Below are positions 34,865-49,244 of a stretch of 64,000 bases of DNA, one piece after another. Under the pieces are notes generated by a model, which was not told where the DNA came from, did not search any database, and saw only the letters and a program-made list of their open reading frames with translations. The position numbers and the translations under genes were made by a program. How positions within the stretch are numbered: the first letter of the stretch is position 1; every line of letters begins with the position of its first letter. The stretch comes from Piromyces finnis finn (taxonomy: Eukaryota; Fungi; Neocallimastigomycota): NCBI GenBank assembly GCA_002104945.1, contig MCFH01000011.1:1-64000 (forward strand), written 5' to 3'.

Positions 34865-37204
34865 TTATAAATTCAATTTCTCTATAACATCTGGAGGTAA
34901 ACGATACTTATTTTCATTTAAAATTTCTTTTGTTTTTTCCATTTTCTTTTGTAATAAATAATAATTATTTAAAATATTACTATAGTTTTGTTGGAATATT
35001 TCTTTTTCTTGTTGTTGTTTAGCTACAAATAAACTTAACTGGGAATTTTTTTCTTCTAATGCTTTTACTTTCTTTTCTAGATTCATAATTTTTAATACTT
35101 TTCTCATTCTTGAACGACGAGCAGCTTCAGTATTCTTTCTACGTTTTTCTAGTACAACAATGTCTTCATCTAATTCACTTGATTTTTTCATTTTCTTAGA
35201 ACTTGTTTCATCTTTCACCTCTACCTTAATACTTTCTTCTATTTTCTTTATTGCTTCTTCAATATCATCTTCATCTTTAATCGCGTTTAAATCAATTTGA
35301 TAACCATTTTTAGCTAATAATTCATCAACTTTCATCATATGCTTTCCTTTTCTATTAAGTTTTAACGAACTTGGCAATTCATTTGTATTATTTGAACTAT
35401 TGCTATTGCTATTATAAAGACTGGAGAATGACATAGAATTACAGCTTTTATTTAAATCATTTAGGAATGGTGGGTTTGTATTAATAGGTGATAATTTCAA
35501 TAAATCATTCGTTTCTAATTTAAATGGAGGGAGTTGTAAAAATGGTAAATTATTTTTTAACAATTGTTTATCATCAAAGTCACATTCCTTTTTAATATTC
35601 ACATTAAAATCTGGTATACTGTTAAAATCATTATATAATGATTCCTTTAAAAGGTTTTCCTCTTTTTTTATGAATAGCTTTAATTTTTCTTTATTTTCTT
35701 CTTCTTTTACTATATTTATATATAAGAAATTTATAATTTAATTAATATTATATATAAAATATTGTTTAATATCATCATTTTTAACGAATAAATTATTAAA
35801 ATTGATAGGGCCTCCCTTTCAATGAATCAAGTTATTAAATAATTAATAAAAATTTACCTTTTGCTATTTTTTCAAAGGAGCTATTCAAGGCTTTCATATT
35901 AAATTTGTTTAATCCATTCATTAGTTGAGAGTTTTGTTTTATATTTTTATTATATAGTATTTCTATATCATTATCTTTCTTTTCCAAAGGTTCGGATTTA
36001 ATTTTATTTTTATTTCCAAATGTTGATTCACAAATATCTAAACATTTGTCTATATCTTCTATCATATAATTATTCATAAATTTTGACGTTGAGTCTAATG
36101 CTTTCAATGAACTACTTTCACTATTTTTAATGGGTTTTTTGATGGTTTCTTTTGGTTCCTGTTTTACAGTATTTTTATTATAATTGAAATTAAGAGTTGA
36201 CAGCCACCCACTTTTAGGTTTTTCATCATTTTTTTCATTATTATTGCTATTGTTATTTTGATTAATTGAAGTATTATTGTTATTGCTGTTTTGATATGTC
36301 ATTTTATAATTATTAGCATTGTTATTATTATTATTAATATTGTTATTTATATTATTATTATTATTATTGACACTGTTGATATTGTTGTTATTATTGTTGT
36401 TGGTATTCATGGTATTATTGTTTGGGTTGTTTGGGTTATTATTATTGCTATTATTATAAGATGTCTCATTTGATTTTGATTGATAACAACAACTATATAC
36501 ATCGTTAACATTCTAGTAATGTGTGAAAGAACAGGAAAAAAAAAAAAGTATTACTAATATGTTTATATATTATATCAATATAATATATAATAAAAAAAAA
36601 AAAAAACTTACCACTATTGAATTATTATTATTTTGACAACTAGCATTACAATAATTGTTATTATAATGACAATTATTATTATTGTTGTCATTATTATTTT
36701 GATAATGACATTCATTATTATAGCAATTTTGATAAACTACATTATCGCATTTATTATTACTATTACTATTATTATTATTATTAAATTGGGATAGTGTATT
36801 GTAATTCATATTGCTTGTTGCATTATAACAATTATTTCCATTGACTGACAGAGAATGGTTTATTTTAGAATTGTATTCATTTCGATTATTCATAGAATTT
36901 ATATTATTGCTACAACATTCATTACAATTATTATTATTGTTGTTATTGTTGTTATTATTATTATTATTACCACTACAATTATGGTTCTTTTCCTCTGAAT
37001 GACTACAAAAACAATTTCCTGCAAGACAACCTAAACAAGGATTTTCTGAAGATGATATACAATATTTGTTAAGATCACACGAATTTCCTTTATATTTACT
37101 ATTATTATCATTATCAATTCTGATTCCATCACATTCAAGAGTATTTAAATTTCCTGCTATTGTATAAAAGTATTAAAAATTATTTTTAAAAATTTATTAA
37201 AAAA

Positions 37205-37264
<60 letters not shown>

Positions 37265-38336
37265 GTTTATTATTATGTTTATTATGTTTATTATTATTAT
37301 TATGTTTATTATTATGTTTATTATGTTTATTATTATTATTATGTTTATTATTATTATGTTTATTATTATTATTATTATGTTTATTATTATGTTTATTATA
37401 TTTATTATTAAATGATTATTTAATAGTATTGAATAGTATAGAGTAATCAACTATACCTTCTTCATTACAACAGCAACTACCAGAACATTTACAATTGTTA
37501 TCATCACAGTAAAATGTAAAAGTATTATCATAATTTAATATACTGTATACATCCTTAACGGTATTATTATTATTATTATTACTTTTATTATTAGTAGTAT
37601 TATTAGAAAAATTGTTTACATCACTGGTGTTATTAGTGTTCATGGAACAGTCATCATTATCAACAAAGTTACTATTAAATGTATTGTTAGAACAACAATT
37701 ATCAGTACAATGGCTATTATTGGTATTGATAGAACAACAATCATTACAATTTTTGCTATTATTATCATAACTATTACAGTTGTTACAATTAATATTTTCT
37801 GAACAATTATTATTGACACTATTATTATTCTTATTCGTATTGCTGTTATTACTGACGGTTATCGCATAATTTCTATCATTAGAATTATTAATATTTTTAT
37901 TATTATTTTTAACGTCATATTCACAATCACATTCACTATTAGAATAACAATTTGAAACCTTTTTTTTCCTTTTTGATTGATTTTTAGGTTTATCAGATGA
38001 TTTTGATTCCTGTGATTTATCTTTTCTAGTGTAGCTTCTAGTTTTTTTTTTCTGTTTTGCAGCCATATTTTTATAGTATGAAATACAGGTACGAGGTGAA
38101 CATCCACAGGCAGCACATTCCTCTTCTGTAAAAGAATGACCTTCTACGGTATATTCTTTTCCTCTTTTAGTTATTCTTATTGTGACACCTTCAAATAAAT
38201 CATTATTTTCTTGTTGGTATTTTGAACTGTTCTCATTATTACAATTTGGTGATGAAGAAGAACAAGATGTTGAATCATCTTTTGAGATATTACATGATGT
38301 ATTATTGCAATTGTCCATATTACATGAATAATTCAT
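34865..38336 (-). CDS. 974-aa Asn/Cys-rich protein with C-terminal Gcn4/Cpc1-type bZIP; 4 exons (38336-37457, 37156-36612, 36512-35858, 35709-34865)
   Basis: The four track ORFs join in phase through GT-AG introns (total 2925 nt). Basic region EKRRKNTEAARRSRMRK followed by a leucine zipper resembles Gcn4 (KRARNTEAARRSRARK). Confidence 0.85.
37205..37400 (+). repeat. Compound (TAT)n / (TTATTATGT)-type low-complexity repeat in bZIP intron 1
   Basis: A tattat run is followed by repeated attatgttt units and lies wholly within the predicted intron 37456-37157. Confidence 0.85.
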
Positions 38337-38734
38337 ACTACGTTATAAAAAAAATCCTAATAAATCTATAAAGTAGTATTTTTCAAAGAAATAAAAATAT
38401 TGTTCATTTAAAATAATTATTACTAAAAAATATATGAAGAGGAAAAAAAAAAAAACATAAATCCAATAATTTGATTTAAAATGAAAAACTTACATGTTTA
38501 AAGAATAATATTCGTTTGATATATAATTTCAAATATTATAAAATTGTATTATTATTATTTTTATTATTATTAAATAATGTTTTATATATATATATAAATT
38601 TTATATTGAATTTTAGATTTATTATTTTTCAAAAAAAAAAAAAAAATAGTTAATTTGATATCTAATTTATGTAATAAACTATTTATCTTTTTATTTGAAT
38701 AATTAATTTCGAAATTAATACTGATTTTTCCTTT

Positions 38735-38839
38735 AATAAATTGTATATATTGTTTTTATTACTATTTTAAAAACTTTGGAAAATAATAATAAATTGTATA
38801 TATTGTTTTATTACTATTTTAAAAACTTTGGTAATAATA
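38735..38839. repeat. Tandem direct duplication of ~53 bp upstream of the bZIP gene
   Basis: aataaattgtatatattgttt(t)tattactattttaaaaactttgg occurs at 38735 and again at 38788. Confidence 0.85.
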
Positions 38840-40618
38840 TTGTTTTATATATATATATTCCTTTTAAATCCAAAATATTTATAATGCTTTGTATTTTTTT
38901 TTTCCTCTATGAAATAAAAAAGAAAATGATATTTGTCATTTAAAGAAAAGATTGTTGTATATTAATGACGTTTTATTTTTTTTTTTTGTACTTTATACTC
39001 TACAAGGTATACTGTTCCTACTACTACTAATTGTTATTATAGTTGGTATTATTTTATATATATTAAATATCATTAAACTATATTATATTGATGTAGTTAT
39101 TAAAGTTGATGCTATTTCATAAATTTTTCTTTTTTTTTTTTTTAAAAAAAAAAGAGTTTATATTATTTTTTAATAATAATTATAACATATGAATACTCTA
39201 TTTATTACAGTTATTTATTCCATTTAAAAAAAAATAATAATTTATATAGAAAAGACTATATATATATATTTTGGTTTTTCTATTTCTATGCTTTAATCAT
39301 TTTATCGTTATTATTGATTTTCGTTTTTTTTTTTTTTTTTATTTGTATTATATATATATATATCAAATTATTGAAATTTATCTTTTTTACCAAGTCATTA
39401 TCATTTTTGTTAAACTCACCTTTATATATATTACAATGATTTAGGATAAATGTTTTAAATTTTGATTGAATTTTCATATACTATTTTATTTTATTTCTTT
39501 TTTGGTTTTAAAATAAATTTCTTTTTGTAAAAATATAGCTAATAGATAGTTTTCTTTCTTTTTTTTTTTTTTTACTAAAATACTTTTTTTTTTCGTTTAA
39601 CAAAATAAATGGTATTGTAGATTTTAAAAAGGTTACATTGAGTTTCTCATCTTAAAAAATTGGATTGACACACTCTTCTGAATAAAAATCTAAATTTTAA
39701 ATAATAATAATAACAATATATTATTATTATTATTATATAATATTATAATATTATATATTTTATTTTTATTTTTTAAAATTTAAAAAAAATTCTTTTTTTT
39801 TTTAAAGATTACTTTATTATAAAAAAATTTTTTATTAATAATTAAATTAATATATTGTTAATATATTACTTATATATTGCAATACATTCATACAGTTTAT
39901 TTTTATATAAAAATTTATAAATATTAATTTTCAGTTATAGGCCTAAAATAAATATAATATAAATTTATTGTTTATATATTCATTAATTTAATTGTACCAT
40001 ATATTATTTCATTGAAAAGCTTTTTTCCTCATTTTCAAATTCCACCTTATTTTATTAATAAAAATGGAATAATTTCCATTACCACTTTAATATATGTAAA
40101 TAATACATTTATAATATATTATTTTTAATAGAAATGATAGAAAGATAGCTCTTACTACCAAATTTTTTTTTATGGCTAAAAAGATACCATAAAAACTTTT
40201 TTCCCTACTAGAATAAAAACTGTGATGAATTAGGTATAAAAAGAGTTTTAGAAAGAAAAAATAGTTTGATAATATTATAGTCTTTATAAACGACATTTAC
40301 ACGTTATGTGATATATAGGTGATAAGGTGATAAGGAATGCAAAAAAATATATATATATATATTTATCCACTCTTTTTTTTTTATATTAAAATATCTAATT
40401 TAAAATGTTATTTTATTGTCCTTCAAATTGGAAAAATAAAAGTGTATTTAATATATTTAATCTTTTTTATAATTCATTTTTATTATTCTATTCATGATAC
40501 CTTTTTCTGACACAACTTTTTATTCTAATACTTTGTTTTTTTTGATATAACAAAAAGTAGCTATTTCTTTTTTTTCATACAAAAATTTATCATCCTTCAA
40601 ATGACATTTAATTTTAAT

Positions 40619-40627
40619 ATGACTCAT
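40619..40627. promoter_or_regulatory. Perfect Gcn4/AP-1 consensus site ATGACTCAT
   Basis: Exact 9-mer 2.3 kb upstream of the Gcn4-type bZIP ATG; function is inferred only. Confidence 0.4.
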
Positions 40628-43076
40628 TTACTATCGGATTAATTCAAATTTAATATATTTTTAATTCGGTTTTTTTCTTTATAAATAATGTAATGTAATT
40701 AAAAGCATTTATTAACCAATAATTAATTACATTAAATGTATATTTAATGTAGTAAATTAGGATGGGTTAGATTTTACATCCAATTGACTCTGAATCATGT
40801 TTCTTTCTTTTGTCCTACATTACATTACAATTACATTACGATTGCATGATTTCATTACTAATCTTTTTTTTTTCATGGATGGATTCAAGGCAAAAATTAC
40901 CACTTTTCGGAAATAGGGAAAACAAAAGGATAAATATTTATTATTTATGGATTTGATGCAAAATGACTAATTCTTTGCTTAAAAAAAACAACAACAGAAG
41001 CATCTTTATCTTTGCAGTTAAAACAAGCACAAAAAAAGTTTAAAACTATAAATAGAAATGGAGAACTTTTTACTTTTATAAAAAAGCCCTTTTACACAAT
41101 GAAAAGTTTATTTAATAAAGAGAAAGGTGTTTTTTTAAAAAAAAAAATCTTTTTTTTTTTTATTTTTATTCATTCGGTTAAAAAGAAAAAAGGAAGGATA
41201 CATAAAAAAAAAAAAAAAAAAAAGAAGTCAATGATATATAAATCTATACTATTATCTTTGATTATTCCTAATGCTATTCTTCTTCTTCTTTTTCTTCTGA
41301 TCATTTCTTTTTTTCATCGATTATTTTTACAATTGGTTCATTATTCTTTTATGCATGTAGTTTATTTTTTGAGATTGTTGTTGTTGTTGTATAACGCATC
41401 TATTTTTTTTTGTATTATCATCAAAGATCTTTTTATTAATTAATGTACTCTTTTTTTTTTTTTTTCTATTCCATTTTATTATTGTCTTATTTTAATAAAA
41501 ATCATCATCGATTATCTTTATTAATGTGTTAGTTGAATTGGTGTTATTGGGTATGGTTGATTTGGATAGAGTATACTAATTTTCATTGATAAAGGGTTCA
41601 TTTATTATAGAAATAAACTCTTTATTTATTTTGGACGATGACGATGATATGATGCTATGATTAGTTATTAAAAAACATCAATGATCATCATAGGATATAA
41701 TAATTTAAATATTTATTTTATTCCATAACATTACATTTAAACGATCAATCAATCAATAATAAATAATCCTTATTTTTTTTAATTATGTTCTGAAAATAAT
41801 TAAAAATAATAGTATTATTCCGTAAGAATAGAAATGAAAAGTGAAGTAATAAAAAAAAAAAAAAAATACATTGCAGTGATTCTCTCTCTTTTTTTTTTTA
41901 TCCCTTCATTAATACTATTTTGATTTTATTATTCTTGAAGTTGGAAATGAAAATTCTTTTTTTTTAAAAAAAAAAGCTTTTAATAATTATTAATTAAAAC
42001 ACAATTACATTATAACCATTTATACGATCAATATATTTTATAAGTTTTTTTTTTCCTTTTCATTATTTATTTAAAATACATGCAATGGTACTGTTTTTTT
42101 TTTATTATTTATAAAAATTAAGGATCTTTGATGTTCAATACAAACATTTTAAAAACACTAATTATTAAAAGTTAATTTTTCAATAATCATAAAAATCGTT
42201 CATTAGAATGATAAAAACAAATCCATTCCGCTTTTTTCTTTCTAAAGGTAATCATCTTTTCTCTCTCTTCTATCCTTTTTTTTTTTATTTATTCATTATG
42301 ATTTATTATTTAATTTTATAGCTTTAATCATTTATTTACATGTTCATTTAATTTTATTAATAATTTATTTATTTATTAATTTTTTTTTCATTTATTTATG
42401 AAAATAAAAATTAATTTATCCGGATAAAAAATAATATGAAAAGTAATAGCATAGCAGCAATAATAATCTATATTTTATACATACACCCTTAATAATATGT
42501 AATATGCTGTTGTATTCCATCATGTATCATTGTATATCGTTATACATCATTATTCATTCTTATTTCAATAGTAGAATATTAAAAAGTATTATAAAACGAT
42601 ATATTGAAAACTTTATTTTTTATAAAGCTATTTTTTTTTTTATTGTTTTAATGTTTTTTATAAATGTGTTTTCAATGTTAGCCCTATTATTCATAAGAAA
42701 AGTGTCGTATTACTGACAATTATTCATTTTTTTCTTGCTTTTATAGTAAAATAGTGTTAAATATTTTTCTTTCCCTTCCTTTCCCTTCCTTTTCTTATTC
42801 TTTTATTTTAACCCTACCTTTGCTAATACTTACCTACCTCTTAGAAATTAATGCATACTATTATACTATTTATTGGAAAGAATAATAAAAATCAATTATT
42901 ACATTATATAAAAAACAAGAAAAGAAAAAAAAGGAATTAAAATTTAGGTACAAACGTCCTTCTTTTATAGGAAAAAAAAAAAAAGTCTTTGATATTAAAA
43001 AAAAAAAAAAAAAACTTCTTTTTTATTTTTTTTAACTAAAAAAATCTTTAAATTAAAATCAAAAATTTTCTATTTA

Positions 43077-43345
43077 GTCACGTGTAGAGTTGGAAAGATG
43101 AAAATACCAAGAAAACCGGAAAATTATGAAAAATAAAAAGAAGAAATGAAAAGTGTAATGATTGATACGATTATAAAGAATTATAAATAGTATTATAATC
43201 ATAAAGGAATAAAGAAATAATAAAGTGTATTATAAAACAAACATAGTATCATATCTTACTATTATATTGTTTTTTTTTTATAACAAAAAGGATTAAAATG
43301 GTGATTTGAATAAATTACATTCATTTATGTAATTTATACACGTGA
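43077..43345. promoter_or_regulatory. Two TCACGTG E-boxes in opposite orientation (43077-43084 GTCACGTG; 43339-43345 CACGTGA)
   Basis: Exact bHLH/Cbf1-type motifs in otherwise very AT-rich intergenic DNA; function is inferred only. Confidence 0.35.
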
Positions 43346-44001
43346 TACTTTTTAATAAAAGTTATTTTTCTCCGCCAAAGTATGACCTTTTTACACCCAC
43401 TTCACCATTAAACTGTTATTTAGAAAAGAGGAATGGAAAGGATCCTAATCGTAGTAATACTACTATTTTTATTTTTATCCAATTTTAACAGTAAAAAGCT
43501 TTGGATGAGCTTCTTACATTATCTATTGATCCAGAAGGAATGGAATGCATTTTATGTAAAATCTTTTTTTTATCTGCCTTTCAAAAATCAAAGATGTGGA
43601 AACCAATTCCGATATGAGCTAAAAGCCGCCTTTATTTTATTGCGGATTAGTAATTAAAAAAAAAAGTTTTTTATTTTTACAAATTCATTTATTTATTAGT
43701 AATAAAGAGTAATTCCATTTTTTTTTATTTATTTAAAAAAAGGAAAAGGGTTTTAAAGAGGAAGGGGAATGAGGGGTTTTCCTTTTTTTTTTATTATTAT
43801 AAAAGGGAATAAAAGCAAGAAATTTTTAAAAAAGGCATTCTATTAATATTTCTATTAATATTGAAGATGGGTCTAATGGTGTCTTTTTACTATTTTTTTT
43901 TTTTTTTATTCATTTATTAAAATGGTTGGAAAAAAGGGTTTATTGTTTAATACATCAATTGAAAAGGTTAAAGTAAATAAATTTAAAAATAAAATATAAA
44001 A

Positions 44002-48177
<4,176 letters not shown>

Positions 48178-49244
48178 TTTTTTTTATTTTTATTTTTCTT
48201 TCAATTGAAAATAAAAACTTTACTACAAAAAAAGTGGAGGTATTTATGATGTATATATGATTTTTTTTTTTTAAAAAAAAAAAAAAGAAATTTCAAAATA
48301 TTTATGATTCCAAAAATATTTTTTTTTTTTTTTTATGGTTTTTCCTCTTTCCTTTCTTCCCTTCCTTTCTTTCACCTCGTTTTTTTTTTTTTTTTTTTTA
48401 CTTTTTTAAAAATTAAAAAAAAAAAAATATCAAAGGTATAAACTACTTTTTTTTACAATAAATACAATGAAAATAAATAGTTATCGTTTATCTATCTATT
48501 TTTTTTTTTTTTTATATATTTAAAAATAAAAAAAACTTTTTTTTTCAAAACTTTTTAAATTTTCTTTTTTTTAAAATTTTTTTATTGAATTAAATTAATT
48601 TTTTTTTTTTTAATTTAAAGTGACCTCCATTTTAATTAAAAAAAATTTTCTTTTTTTTTTTTATTATTTTTTATTTTATTTTATTTTATTTTATTTTTCT
48701 TATTTTTTTTTTTTATAAAAAATAAAAAAAACTTTAAATGTGGAAAAAAAAAAATACATTTTATTAGGATTTTTAAATAGATAATTATTATATATATTTA
48801 TAGTATTACTTATTATTAATTATATTAACAGAAAAAAATATATAATTTTTTTTTTTTTAATCATGATTTAATAGTATTGTTGTAGTGTATTATGTGTATT
48901 TTTTTGTGTGTATTTTATCTATAGCTATATAGATGTATTATGTATATATTAATGAGAATTAATTAATATTACTTTATCTTGATATTTTCTATTTTATTTT
49001 TTATTTTTTTTTTTAATTCTATTTATAGTTTTAAATTCTATTGTTTTTTTTTTGTTTTTTTTTTTTTTTTTTTTTTTTTTTGCTTTTTTTTGCTTTGAAT
49101 AATTTGATGATGGGTGGATTGTTATTATTCGTATTTTTATAAATGTTTTATACCTATATTATTATTAGGGTTTGTTTGTTTGCTTTTTTTTTTCTTTATT
49201 ATTATTGTGATGTCCTTTCTTGTCCTTTCTTCCATCAAAAAGGA

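Noticed and set aside
34865-38336. Treating the three upstream ORFs as giant uORFs or separate genes
   Set aside because: They join the bZIP ORF in phase through canonical GT-AG introns.
38702-38719. Perfect 18-bp palindrome ATTAATTTCGAAATTAAT
   Set aside because: Almost all A/T, so such palindromes are plausible by chance here; it is a single occurrence.
40321-40334. Tandem GATAAG sites as GATA-factor (SreA/AreA-type) control of the bZIP gene
   Set aside because: GATAA is very common in AT-rich DNA and the extended ATCWGATAA form is absent.
41012-41443. 143-aa plus-strand ORF in the large intergenic region
   Set aside because: Built from poly-A/poly-T runs and the antisense of a K/E-like stretch; no recognisable motif.
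43741-43776. Purine-rich G-run cluster as a G-quadruplex
   Set aside because: Only three runs of three or more G; no canonical three-tier G4.
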